NCBI RefSeq assembly: GCF_001457595.1
Contig: NZ_LN831039.1
Span: 6,660,001 to 6,692,000, forward strand
Length of the DNA: 32,000 nucleotides
Reading direction: 5' to 3'
Source of the DNA: Mycolicibacterium smegmatis
Lineage (GTDB): Bacteria; Actinomycetota; Actinomycetes; Mycobacteriales; Mycobacteriaceae
Shown one piece after another: positions 1 through 11,350 of the stretch (the first letter of the stretch is position 1; each line of letters begins with the position of its first letter). The notes beneath the pieces were generated by a model, which made no database searches, was not told where the DNA came from, and saw nothing but the letters and a program-made list of their open reading frames with translations. The translations under genes and the position numbers were made by a program.

Positions 1-1889
<1,889 letters not shown>

Positions 1890-1912
1890 GGGGCGTTATT
1901 TATGGTGGCCTG

Positions 1913-3103
1913 ATGAGCAGCGTCGCTGAAGCGGACCTGGTGGCCGAGCGGGCCCGCCAGGTCGTCTCCGAGCATGACCCGAAAAGCGTTCCGATACCGC
2001 AGTTCCTCGCCGCCTGCTACGACGCGGGACTGTCCTGGGTGCATTTCCCCGAGGGCATGGGCGGTGTCGGTGTGTCGCGCGGCCTGCAGGCCGTGGTCGA
2101 TCGCATCCTGCAGGGCGCCGGAGGGCCGGTCCCGCTGGGGCTCAACCCGATGGGCTACGGCATGGCCGCGCCCACGATCCGCGAGCATGCGCAGAACGAC
2201 GAGCTCAAGAAATCCTGGCTGCGTCCGCTGGCGAGCACCGAGCACATCTGGTGCCAGCTGTTCTCCGAGCCGGGTGCGGGTTCGGACCTGGCGGGCCTGG
2301 CCACCTCGGCCGTGCCGGACGGCGACGACTGGGTGATCAACGGCCAGAAGGTGTGGACCAGCCTGGCGCACCGGGCACGGTGGGGTCTGCTGCTGGCGCG
2401 CACGAATCCCGATGTGCCCAAGCACAAAGGACTCACGTACTTCGTGATCGACATGCACGGGGCCGGCGTCGAGACCCGGCCGCTGCGCCAGATGACGGGT
2501 CAGGCCGAGTTCAACGAGGTCTACATGACCGACGCCCGCATTCCCGATGCGCACCGTCTCGGTGCCGTAGGCGACGGCTGGCGGGTCGCGATGACGACGC
2601 TGATGAACGAGCGCAGCGCGCTCGGCGGCAGCGGCAGCCGGCGAGGCGCGGGCACCATCGCCGACGCGGTGTCGCTGTGGGCGTCGCGTCCGGATCTGCA
2701 CACCCCGGTGCTGCGTGACCGGTTGACGCAACTGTGGTTGCGCTCGGAGGCGCAGCGCCTCACCGCCGAACGCTCGCGCGCGACTGCCACGGTCGGCGGT
2801 CCCGGACCCGAGGGGTCCATCGGCAAGCTCGTGGGTGCGGAGCTCAACCAGCACATCTACCAGTGGTGCATGGATTTCCTTGGCCCGGAGGGTCTTCTGT
2901 ACGACGGTTACGGGCTGGGCGACGGTGATGGCGCCGACTGGCGCGGACCCGTGCAGCAGCGGTTCCTGCGCAGCAAGGCCAACACCATCGAAGGAGGCAC
3001 GTCCGAGGTGATGCGCAACATTCTCGGTGAACGGATCCTGGGGTTGCCCGGGGATCTGCGGGCGGATGCCGGTATGGCGTGGAAGGAGATCCCGCGTGGC
3101 TGA
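1913..3103 (+). CDS. fadE: Acyl-CoA dehydrogenase (catalytic, alpha-like subunit)
   Basis: ACAD motifs are present (CQLFSEPGAGSDLAGL, WVINGQKVWTS). The C-terminal IEGGTSEVMRNILGE retains the catalytic-base Glu position. ATG 1913 (MSSVAEADL) is preferred over the longer ORF start at 1874. Confidence 0.88.
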   Translation: MSSVAEADLVAERARQVVSEHDPKSVPIPQFLAACYDAGLSWVHFPEGMGGVGVSRGLQAVVDRILQGAGGPVPLGLNPMGYGMAAPTIREHAQNDELKKSWLRPLASTEHIWCQLFSEPGAGSDLAGLATSAVPDGDDWVINGQKVWTSLAHRARWGLLLARTNPDVPKHKGLTYFVIDMHGAGVETRPLRQMTGQAEFNEVYMTDARIPDAHRLGAVGDGWRVAMTTLMNERSALGGSGSRRGAGTIADAVSLWASRPDLHTPVLRDRLTQLWLRSEAQRLTAERSRATATVGGPGPEGSIGKLVGAELNQHIYQWCMDFLGPEGLLYDGYGLGDGDGADWRGPVQQRFLRSKANTIEGGTSEVMRNILGERILGLPGDLRADAGMAWKEIPRG

Positions 3104-4268
3104 GACGACGGAGTTCCGCTTCACCGACGAGCAGGGCCAGTTGCGTGCCGCGGTGCGCAAGTTCGGCGCCGAGTACTTCGACGAGCAGACGGTGCGGCGG
3201 CTCATGGAGTCCGAGCCGCGGTTCGATCCGGCGGTGTGGGCGCGCCTGGGTGCCGAACTCGGCGTGCTGGGGCTCGCGGTGCCGGAGGCCGACGGTGGTG
3301 CCGGCGGCACGCTGGTGGACCAGGCCGTCGCCGTCGAGGAACTCGGGGCCGCCCTGGCGTGCGGCCCGCTGTTCGGCACGGTCTACCTGTCGATCCCGGC
3401 CCTGGTCGCGGCGTCGGCAGGCCCGGTGCGCGACGAGCTGCTGGGTGTGCTCGTGGAGGGCGCCCGCACGGCGGCGTTCGCCGTGCCCGACCGCGCGGGC
3501 GCGTTCGATCCGGCGCTGGTGGGCGTGACAGCGTCGGTCGACGCGACGCTCACCGGCACGGTCGAGCGCATCGTCGACGGCGCTGCCGCCGACGTCTTCC
3601 TCGTCGCGGCCACGGCTCCCGACGGGGTTGCCCTCTACGCCGTCGACGCGTCGGACGTGCAGCGCACACCGCTCACCACGCTCGACCTGACCCGACCGCA
3701 GGCCACGATCGCGCTCGCCGACACCCCGGGACGGCTCGTGGCCGGACCGGGCGAGGCCGAACGCGTCATAGGCCACGCGCTGCAGGTCGGCGCGGCGCTG
3801 CTGGCCGTCGAACAGGTCGGGGCTGCACAGCATCTGCTGGACCTGTCGGTCGACTACGCCAAATCGCGCTTGCAGTTCGGCCGCCCGATCGGGTCGTTCC
3901 AGGCCGTCAAGCACCGCCTCGCCGACGATCTGGTGGACCTTGAGCACGCGCGCTCGGCGGCGTACCACGCGGTGTGGGCGCTTGCCGACGGCTCCGACGA
4001 TCCGGCGCTGGCGGCGAGCATCGCGCAGGCCACGGCATCGGCCGCGCTGACGAAGATCGCGACCGACACGATCCAGGTGCACGGCGGTATCGGGTTCACC
4101 TGGGAACACCAGGCGCACCTGTACTTCAAGCGCGCGACGACCGATGCGGCGTTGCTCGGGACGGCCGAGGCACACCGGGACCGGATTGCCGAATTGATAC
4201 TGGACCGGGCGGTTTCGGATCAGGCAACGATCGACCGCGCCCCACGCGTCGCGACCGGTACGGACTGA
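3096..4268 (+). CDS. fadE: Acyl-CoA dehydrogenase family protein (beta-like subunit; catalytic Glu motif not seen)
   Basis: The GTG at 3096 overlaps the upstream stop (GTGGCTGA). The ACAD C-terminal domain is present (IQVHGGIGFTWEHQAHLYFKRA). The position of the YEGT motif reads LLGT. Confidence 0.8.
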   Translation: MAETTEFRFTDEQGQLRAAVRKFGAEYFDEQTVRRLMESEPRFDPAVWARLGAELGVLGLAVPEADGGAGGTLVDQAVAVEELGAALACGPLFGTVYLSIPALVAASAGPVRDELLGVLVEGARTAAFAVPDRAGAFDPALVGVTASVDATLTGTVERIVDGAAADVFLVAATAPDGVALYAVDASDVQRTPLTTLDLTRPQATIALADTPGRLVAGPGEAERVIGHALQVGAALLAVEQVGAAQHLLDLSVDYAKSRLQFGRPIGSFQAVKHRLADDLVDLEHARSAAYHAVWALADGSDDPALAASIAQATASAALTKIATDTIQVHGGIGFTWEHQAHLYFKRATTDAALLGTAEAHRDRIAELILDRAVSDQATIDRAPRVATGTD

Positions 4269-4315
4269 TCGGCGGAAAACCCTCGGACGTGCTGACGCGA
4301 CCGTAAACTCCCGCT

Positions 4316-5158
4316 ATGAGCACGCCGACCGCACAGCGAACCCTCGCGGTGGACGGTGTGCGGTCGCCGGTGTTCGTGGCGGGCCCGGACGGATCGGAGA
4401 GCACCCGGGAAGCCGTGGTGTTCGTGCACGGCAACAACGCCGGTGCCCCGTGGGATCCGTTGCCGGCGCGTGTCGCCCAGTTCAGCCGGGTCGTGGTGCC
4501 CGAGATGCCGGGCTTCGGCGCGGCCGACAAACCGGCGCAGTGGCCGTACACGGTCGCGGCGTACGCGCAGCACCTCGACGGGATCCTCGAGCAACTCGCG
4601 GTCGAACACGCGCACCTGGTGGCCCACGACTTCGGCGGGCCGTGGGCGCTGGCGTGGGCCGCCGAGCATCTCGACGCCGTCGCGAGCATCACGCTGATCA
4701 ACGCGCCGGTGGTGATCGACCACCTCGCGGCGAAACTCTGGCGCACACCGGTGGTGGCCGAGGCGCTGTGGCGCATCACGCCTCAGGCCCTCGTGCGCCA
4801 GGCGCTGGCCCACAACGATCCGAACCTGCCGGCCGACGCGGTGAACCGGATCGCCGCGCACATGGTGGCCCCCGGCACCCCCGACGCCGTGCTCAAGCTG
4901 TACCGCACGACCGGGCCCGATGCCGTCGCCCCCTATGCGGACCGTCTCGCCGGGTTCGACCGCAACGTCCTGATCATGTGGGGCACCGAGGACCGCTACG
5001 TGCCCTTCGCCCAGACCGAGCAGTATCGGCAGATCTTCGCGCACTGCGAGATCCACGCGGTGGCCGGCGCGGGCCACTGGCCGTGGCTCGAACAGCCGGA
5101 TACGGTGGCCGGGTACCTGACGAACTTCCTGCGTCGTTTACCGCGAAAGGCCACGTGA
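4316..5158 (+). CDS. Alpha/beta hydrolase (epoxide hydrolase / haloalkane dehalogenase-like, HDxGG elbow)
   Basis: 280-aa ORF with VVFVHGNN, the nucleophile elbow VAHDFGGPWAL and a C-terminal GAGHWPWLEQP His motif. Confidence 0.82.
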   Translation: MSTPTAQRTLAVDGVRSPVFVAGPDGSESTREAVVFVHGNNAGAPWDPLPARVAQFSRVVVPEMPGFGAADKPAQWPYTVAAYAQHLDGILEQLAVEHAHLVAHDFGGPWALAWAAEHLDAVASITLINAPVVIDHLAAKLWRTPVVAEALWRITPQALVRQALAHNDPNLPADAVNRIAAHMVAPGTPDAVLKLYRTTGPDAVAPYADRLAGFDRNVLIMWGTEDRYVPFAQTEQYRQIFAHCEIHAVAGAGHWPWLEQPDTVAGYLTNFLRRLPRKAT

Positions 5159-6060
5159 AACTACGCCGTGTCCGCTCCGCAGCCGGCCTGCGTGTGGAAT
5201 CTTTTGATGCTGAGGGGAACTGGGTTCCCCACGACGATGTCGCACCGCTCGGCGGACGCGTGTTCGACGCCGAGTGGCTGGCCGCGGCCGCCGACCGCCA
5301 GCTACAGCACAGCCCACATCTGCTGCCGTTCCAGCCGGTCTCGTTCCGCGACTTCATGCTCTACGAGCAACACAACATCGACGCCGCGCGCGGTCTGATC
5401 CGCCGGTTCCATCCGGGGTTGTACCGCGCCACATCGGCATTCGAGCGGCTCACCGGACGCCCGGTGCCGCAGTTCAAACCGAAGCCCCTGTTCTACCGCC
5501 AGCCCATCTACTACATGTCGAACGCGCAGACGTTCGTGCCGACCGGTACACCCGTGCCGGTTCCCGACTACTCGCAGGCCCTGGACTTCGAGCTCGAGAT
5601 CGGATTCGTGCTGGCGGCACCGCTGTTCAACGCGACACCGAACGAGGCGACCGCGGCGATCGGCGCGTTCGTGGTGCTCAATGACTTCAGCGCCCGCGAC
5701 GTCCAGCGTGCCGAGATGACCAGCGGGTTCGGCCCGCAGAAATCCAAGCACTTCGCGAGTTCGATGTCGGACACCGCGGTCACGGCCGACGAGGTCCTGC
5801 CACGCATCGACGCGCTGACCGGTTCGGTGGCGGTCAACGGCGAGATCGTCAGCACGGTCGACAGCGCGGGCATGCAGCACAGCCTCGGTGAGGTGCTGGC
5901 GCACGCGTCGCGCTGCGAACCGCTCTATCCCGGTGAGCTCTTCGGCACGGGAACACTGCCGGGCGGCAGCGGCATGGAGACCGGGCACTGGTTGCGTCCC
6001 GGTGACACCCTGACGCTGATCCTCGACGACATCGGCCGCATCGAGCACACGATCGGTTAG
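5155..6060 (+). CDS. Fumarylacetoacetate hydrolase (FAH) family protein
   Basis: The GTG at 5155 overlaps the upstream stop (GTGA). FAH-like motifs are VLNDFSARDVQ, GPQKSKHF and ELFGTGTLPGG. The 536-aa ORF upstream of 5155 is an out-of-frame overlap of the hydrolase gene. Confidence 0.82.
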   Translation: MKLRRVRSAAGLRVESFDAEGNWVPHDDVAPLGGRVFDAEWLAAAADRQLQHSPHLLPFQPVSFRDFMLYEQHNIDAARGLIRRFHPGLYRATSAFERLTGRPVPQFKPKPLFYRQPIYYMSNAQTFVPTGTPVPVPDYSQALDFELEIGFVLAAPLFNATPNEATAAIGAFVVLNDFSARDVQRAEMTSGFGPQKSKHFASSMSDTAVTADEVLPRIDALTGSVAVNGEIVSTVDSAGMQHSLGEVLAHASRCEPLYPGELFGTGTLPGGSGMETGHWLRPGDTLTLILDDIGRIEHTIG

Positions 6061-9000
6061 CGCGCGACGGCGTCGATGGCCTTGTAGATGCGCTGCTCGC
6101 TGACCGGGCGCGGCGTGCCGAGTTGCTGCGCCCACAGGCTCACCCGCAGTTCCTCGATCTGCCAGGCGATCGCCACGACATCGTGGGCCGCCGCGCGTGC
6201 CGGTGACAAGGCCCGCACCAGATCGTCGTAGGCGTCCTCCACGGCATGCACACGCGCCATGCGTTCGCGGTCGGCGCCGATCGCGTGGGGCAACCGTTCG
6301 AGCCGGCGCGCGATCGCCGTGACGTAGCGGGTGAGGTCGGTCAGCCGCGCGACGCCCGTCGCGGTGACAAATCCCTTGGGCAGCAACCGTTCCAATTGCA
6401 GACGGATGTCCTCGACCGCGTCGGCCTGGGCTGCCGGCGGTTTGTCCGGCAGCCCCACCCCGACCTCGTGTGCGGCGGCCAGCACCTTCTCGACGCGGGT
6501 CACCGCGGCCTGCGTCGTGGCGCCGAGTTCCTTCGCCGCGCGCTGCACCAACGCGGTGAAATCGGCACGCGTCCAGACGATCTGGCGCACCAGGGTGTCG
6601 GCGGCCGCGTCCGCGCAGTCCTCGAGCAGGGCGGCGAGGTTGCCGTCGGGGTTCGCGTTGAGCGCCAGCCGTGTCCGCGTGCCCAACCCCCGCTCGATGG
6701 CCTTGACCGGCGACGGCACGCTCAGCCGCAGAAGCCGCCGCAGCCCCGGTCCCATCGCGGCGTCGCGCTCGATCGGGTTCGCGAAAACCCGGATGTCCAC
6801 GGCTTTTCCGGTGTCGACGAAGCCAGGGTATCCGCGCACGGTGTGCCCTCTGCTGACGTTCTCCACGGTCCGGGGCAACTCGTCGAGATCATCGGGCCAC
6901 GCTCGCAGACCCGTGCGCTGCAAACCGTCGTCGACGGCCTCGGCGACCGCCTGGGCCACCGGCACCGCGAGTTGTTCGCGCAGGGTCTCGATGTCCTTGC
7001 CGCGGGCCACCTCGGCGCCGTCGGAGTTCTCCACCGCGAACGTCACCCGCAGGTGTGGCGGCACCTTGTCGAGATCGAACGCGTCGACGGGCACCAGGAT
7101 TCCGGTGCGCCTGCGCAGTTCGCGCTGCACGGCGTCGAGCAGCGATCCCGTTCCCGGGTCGAGGTGCGGCAGGATCGCGCGAGCGGTGTCCGGTGCGGGG
7201 ACGAAGTTGCGGCGCAGGTCTTTCGGCAGCGACTTGATGAGCGCAGTGACCAGTTCCTCGCGCAGGGCCGGTACCTGCCACGCGAAGTTCTCGCCGCCCA
7301 GGCGTGCGAGCACACCGACCGGCACGTGCACGGTCACCCCGTCGTCGGCCGCGCCGGGTTGGTACCGGTAACTCAGCGGCAGTTCCAGGTCCCCGGCCCG
7401 CCACGTGTCCGGATGGTCGGCGGCGTCGTCGGTGCGCAGCAGGTCCTCACGCGTGAAGGTGAGGAGGTCAGGGGTCTTGTGGCGCTGCTTCTTCCACCAC
7501 GCATCGAAGTGGCGCGCCGAGACGACGTCGGCGGGGATGCGCGCGTCGTACAGCGCGAAGATCTCGTCGTCGCCGACCAGCAGGTCGCGGCGCCGCGCAC
7601 GCTCCTCCATCTCCTCGACCTCTTCGCGCAGGCGGGCATTGTCGCGGAAGAAGTGGTGGCGCGTCTGCCACTCGCCCTCGACCAGGGCGTGCCGGATGAA
7701 CAGTTCGCGGCTCACCACCGGATCGATCTGCGCGTAGTTGACGCGGCGGCGCGGGACCAGCGGAAGACCGTAGAGCGTCACGCGTTCGAAGGCCATCACC
7801 GCGCCACGGCGTGCGTCCCAGTGCGGTTCGCTGTACGTGCGTTGCACGAGGTGCCCGGCGACGCGTTCGACCGCCTCGGGTTCGATGCGCGCCGCGATAC
7901 GGCCGAACAGCCTGCTGGTCTCCACCAGATCGGCCACCACGATCCAGCGCGGCGGCTTCTTCGTGAGCACCGATCCCGGCGCGAGCACGAACTTGGTGTT
8001 GCGCGCGCCGGTGTAGTCGCGGGTGTCGCCCTCGCGCAGGCCGACATGTGACAGCAGACCCGCGGTGAGCGCGGCGTGGATGCGGGCCGGGTCGGCGGGC
8101 TCGTCGGACTCGCGGATCCCGATGTCACGCGCAATGCTGCGCAACTGGCCCACCAGGTCCTGCCACTCGCGGATCCGAAGGTAGTGCAGGAACTCGTCGC
8201 GGCACATGCGGCGGAAAGCGTTGCCGGACAATTCGTTGCGCTGCTCGCGCAGATAGTTCCACAGGTTCAGGTACGAGATGAAGTCCGAGTGCTCATCGGC
8301 GAAGCGGGCGTGCTTCTGCCGCGCGGCCTCCTCGCGGTCTGACGGGCGTTCGCGCGGATCGGGGATGGACAGCGCCGCGGCGAGCACCAGCACCTCGCGC
8401 ACGCAGCCCTCGGCGTCGGCCTGCAGGATCATCCGGCCGATGCGCGGGTCGAGCGGCAGGCGCGCAAGCCGGCGCCCGGTCTCGGTGAGCGCTGGGACCG
8501 AATTGCCGCCTCCGGCGGCGGAAGCCGAATTGCCGCCTCCGGCGGCGGAAGAAGTGTCGAACGCACCGAGTTCCTGCAACAGCTGGATGCCGTCGCGGAT
8601 GCTGCGCGCGTCGGGCGGGTCGAGGAACGGGAAGTTCTCGATGTCGCCGAGTCCGAGCGCGCTCATCTGCAGGATCACCGCGGCCAGGTTGGTCCGCAGG
8701 ATCTCGGGATCGGTGTAGCGGGGCCGTGATTCGAAGTCCTCTTCCGAGTACAGCCGGATGCACACGCCGGGCGCGGTACGCCCGGACCGGCCCGCGCGCT
8801 GAGCTGCCGAGGCCTGCGAGATGGGCTCGATGGGCAGCCGCTGCACCTTGGTGCGCCTGCTGTAGCGCGAGATCCTCGCGGTGCCGGGGTCGACGACGTA
8901 GCGGATGCCCGGCACGGTCAGCGAGGTCTCGGCGACGTTGGTGGCCAGCACCACGCGCCGGCCGGCATGGCTGGGCTGGAACACCTTTTGCTGCTCGGCG

Positions 9001-10034
9001 GTCGGCAACCGCGCGTACAACGGCAGCACCTCGGTGTTCCGCAGGTCTTTCAAAGCCTCTGCGGTGTCGCGGATCTCACGCTCGCCGGAGAGGAACACCA
9101 GGACGTCGCCGGGCGGTTCGGCCTCGAGCTCGCGGACCGCGTCGACGATGGCCTCGGTGGGATCACGGACCTCGGTGCGCACGATCTCGTGGTCGGGATC
9201 ATCAGGATCCTCGGTGTCGGATGGCGGCACGGCGACTTCCAGTGGCCGGTACCGGATCTCGACGGGATACGTGCGTCCGGAGACCTCGACGATCGGCGCG
9301 TCTTGGAAGTGCCGCGAGAACCGCTCGGGTTCGATGGTCGCCGACGTGACGATCACCTTGAGGTCGGGCCGGCGCGGCAGCAGCTCGCGCAGGTACCCGA
9401 GCAGGAAGTCGATGTTGAGGCTGCGTTCGTGGGCCTCATCGAGGATCAGGGTGTCGTAGCGCAGCAGTCTGCGGTCGCGCTGGATCTCGGCGAGCAGGAT
9501 GCCGTCGGTCATGAGTTTGACCAGCGTGGAGTCGCTGGCCTGGTCGGTGAACCGCACGGTGTAGCCGACGGCCTCGCCGAGCGGTGTGCCGAGTTCGTCG
9601 GCGATGCGCTGCGCCACCGTGCGCGCCGCGAGCCGGCGCGGCTGGGTGTGGCCGATGGTGCCGCGGATGCCGCGGCCGAGCTCGAGGCAGATCTTGGGCA
9701 GCTGGGTGGTCTTGCCGGATCCGGTGGCGCCCGCGACGACGACCACCTGGTTCTCGGCGATGGCTTTCGCGAGGTCGTCGCAGCGTTGCGTGACGGGCAG
9801 GTCGGGATAGGTGATCTGCGGGACCGCGGCCTGGCGTGTGAGCACGAGCGCCTCGGCCGCCGCGATCTGCTGCTCGATCTTGGCGAGATCCTTGGCGAGA
9901 TCGCCGCCACGGAGATTCTTGAGCCGACGCCCGAGTCGCGCCGCGTCGCGGATGGTCAGTCCGTCGAGACGCGCACGCAGCTCACGCAGATCCTGACGTT
10001 CCGACACTGGGACCAGGATAGTTGACGCCCGCAC
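6057..10034 (-). CDS. hrpA: ATP-dependent RNA helicase HrpA (DEAH-box)
   Basis: 1325-aa ORF with Walker A AGATGSGKTTQLPK, the DEAH motif (ILDEAHERSL), TNVAETSLTVPGI and QRAGRSGR, plus the long HrpA-type C-terminal region. Start is GTG 10034 or in-frame GTG 10007. Confidence 0.95.
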   Translation of the reverse strand: MRASTILVPVSERQDLRELRARLDGLTIRDAARLGRRLKNLRGGDLAKDLAKIEQQIAAAEALVLTRQAAVPQITYPDLPVTQRCDDLAKAIAENQVVVVAGATGSGKTTQLPKICLELGRGIRGTIGHTQPRRLAARTVAQRIADELGTPLGEAVGYTVRFTDQASDSTLVKLMTDGILLAEIQRDRRLLRYDTLILDEAHERSLNIDFLLGYLRELLPRRPDLKVIVTSATIEPERFSRHFQDAPIVEVSGRTYPVEIRYRPLEVAVPPSDTEDPDDPDHEIVRTEVRDPTEAIVDAVRELEAEPPGDVLVFLSGEREIRDTAEALKDLRNTEVLPLYARLPTAEQQKVFQPSHAGRRVVLATNVAETSLTVPGIRYVVDPGTARISRYSRRTKVQRLPIEPISQASAAQRAGRSGRTAPGVCIRLYSEEDFESRPRYTDPEILRTNLAAVILQMSALGLGDIENFPFLDPPDARSIRDGIQLLQELGAFDTSSAAGGGNSASAAGGGNSVPALTETGRRLARLPLDPRIGRMILQADAEGCVREVLVLAAALSIPDPRERPSDREEAARQKHARFADEHSDFISYLNLWNYLREQRNELSGNAFRRMCRDEFLHYLRIREWQDLVGQLRSIARDIGIRESDEPADPARIHAALTAGLLSHVGLREGDTRDYTGARNTKFVLAPGSVLTKKPPRWIVVADLVETSRLFGRIAARIEPEAVERVAGHLVQRTYSEPHWDARRGAVMAFERVTLYGLPLVPRRRVNYAQIDPVVSRELFIRHALVEGEWQTRHHFFRDNARLREEVEEMEERARRRDLLVGDDEIFALYDARIPADVVSARHFDAWWKKQRHKTPDLLTFTREDLLRTDDAADHPDTWRAGDLELPLSYRYQPGAADDGVTVHVPVGVLARLGGENFAWQVPALREELVTALIKSLPKDLRRNFVPAPDTARAILPHLDPGTGSLLDAVQRELRRRTGILVPVDAFDLDKVPPHLRVTFAVENSDGAEVARGKDIETLREQLAVPVAQAVAEAVDDGLQRTGLRAWPDDLDELPRTVENVSRGHTVRGYPGFVDTGKAVDIRVFANPIERDAAMGPGLRRLLRLSVPSPVKAIERGLGTRTRLALNANPDGNLAALLEDCADAAADTLVRQIVWTRADFTALVQRAAKELGATTQAAVTRVEKVLAAAHEVGVGLPDKPPAAQADAVEDIRLQLERLLPKGFVTATGVARLTDLTRYVTAIARRLERLPHAIGADRERMARVHAVEDAYDDLVRALSPARAAAHDVVAIAWQIEELRVSLWAQQLGTPRPVSEQRIYKAIDAVAR
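8498..8551. repeat. Perfect 27-bp tandem duplication inside hrpA
   Basis: ccgaattgccgcctccggcggcggaag occurs at 8498-8524 and again at 8525-8551. It is in frame and gives the repeated peptide (AAGGGNS)x2 in the helicase. Confidence 0.9.
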
Positions 10035-10090
10035 ACCGGATTCATTTATTTAGCCCACCTAGCCGCACCGGGTGGTAAGAGTGGACGCTC

Positions 10091-10486
10091 ATGAGCGATC
10101 ACCAACACATCGTCGACGTCCTCACGCGGTACGCCACAGGCATCGACCGCCGCGACTGGCACCTGTTCCGCACTGTGTTCACCGAGGACTGCACGCTCGA
10201 CTACGGCGAGATCGGCGCGTGGGACAGCGTGGACGCGGTCACCGACTTCATGGAACAGACACATGCCCTGGCCGGCCACACGCTGCACCGGTTGAGCAAC
10301 CACGCCATCTCGGTCGACGGTGACACCGCCGAGGCGCGTACCTACGTCGACGCGCTGATCATGTCGCAGGACAACACCTCAGGGGTCAACGCCGCGGGGT
10401 TCTACGACGACGACCTCGTCCGCACCCCAGACGGGTGGCGCATCGCCCGCCGCCGGTTCACCTCGGTGCGTGTCGCGGCGGTCTGA
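10091..10486 (+). CDS. SnoaL-like / NTF2-fold protein
   Basis: 131-aa ORF. The N-terminal pattern IVDVLTRYATGIDRRDW..F..VFTEDC..DYG is typical of the SnoaL_4/NTF2-like family. Confidence 0.75.
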   Translation: MSDHQHIVDVLTRYATGIDRRDWHLFRTVFTEDCTLDYGEIGAWDSVDAVTDFMEQTHALAGHTLHRLSNHAISVDGDTAEARTYVDALIMSQDNTSGVNAAGFYDDDLVRTPDGWRIARRRFTSVRVAAV

Positions 10487-10490
10487 CCAC

Positions 10491-11345
10491 ATGGATTTCG
10501 CACAGCAGTACGGGCCGTGGGCGCTGGTGGCGGGTGCCTCCGACGGTGTGGGTGCCGCGATGGCCCACGAATTGGCGCGCCGCGGCCTCAACGTCGTGCT
10601 GCTGGCCCGACGGCATTCGGTGCTCGACACCGTCGCCGCGCAGATCCGTGACACCTCGGGAGTCGAGACACACACGCTCGCAATCGACCTCGCCGAGGCC
10701 GGAGCCGCACGGCGCATCATCGAGGCGACGGCGGGCCTGGACATCGGCTTCCTGGTCTACTGCGCCGGCTCGGATACCAACGTCACGCCGTTCCTCGACA
10801 CGCCCCTGGATGTCGCGGAGTCGATGGTGCAACGCAACTGCATGGTGCCGGTGCAACTGTGCCACCATTACGCGAAACCCATGGCCGACCGGGGACGCGG
10901 CGGCATCGTGATCTTCGGTTCGGGCGCGGGTTTGGCCGGTGCGCCCAACTTGGTCGCCTACAGCGCGAGCAAGGCGTTCGACATGGTGCTCGCCGAGGCG
11001 CTGTGGAGCGAGTTGCACACCGAGGGTGTCGACGTGCTCGGGCTGATCCTCGGCAAGACCGACACGCCGGCACTGCGCGCGCTCGAGTTCCGCAGGGGTC
11101 AGATCGCCTCACCGGACACCGCACCACCAGGCGCCGCACCCGTCGACGACGTCGTGGCGGCCGCATTCGCGAACCTCACTGCGGGCCCGACGTGTCTGGT
11201 CGGCGAGGATATGCAGGCCGTGGCCCAGTTGATGGCGTCGGTGAGCCGCAACGAGGCCGTGCACATCATCGCCCGGGCCGTCGAGCATCGATGGGTGAAA
11301 CCGGCTCTCCGCCAGCCTGATCAGCCGCGCACCTCGGTGAGGTAG
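10491..11345 (+). CDS. Short-chain dehydrogenase/reductase (SDR)
   Basis: The ATG at 10491 lies 5 nt after the upstream stop. Cofactor motif is ALVAGASDGVGAAMA and the catalytic motif is YSASK (YxxxK). The last ~14 codons lie in the left 48-bp direct repeat. Confidence 0.85.
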   Translation: MDFAQQYGPWALVAGASDGVGAAMAHELARRGLNVVLLARRHSVLDTVAAQIRDTSGVETHTLAIDLAEAGAARRIIEATAGLDIGFLVYCAGSDTNVTPFLDTPLDVAESMVQRNCMVPVQLCHHYAKPMADRGRGGIVIFGSGAGLAGAPNLVAYSASKAFDMVLAEALWSELHTEGVDVLGLILGKTDTPALRALEFRRGQIASPDTAPPGAAPVDDVVAAAFANLTAGPTCLVGEDMQAVAQLMASVSRNEAVHIIARAVEHRWVKPALRQPDQPRTSVR

Positions 11346-11350
11346 TTGTA
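11303..11350. repeat. Left copy of a 48-bp direct repeat (1 mismatch) bounding the insertion
   Basis: ggctctccGccagcctgatcagccgcgcacctcggtgaggtagttgta matches 13075-13122 at a constant offset of 1772 bp. Confidence 0.9.

Noticed and set aside
4450-5154. N-terminal 235-aa extension of the FAH ORF (the 536-aa ORF from 4450).
   Set aside because: The extension is Arg/Gly-rich and overlaps the well-supported alpha/beta hydrolase gene in another frame. A GTG at 5155 forming a GTGA overlap gives a normal-length FAH protein.
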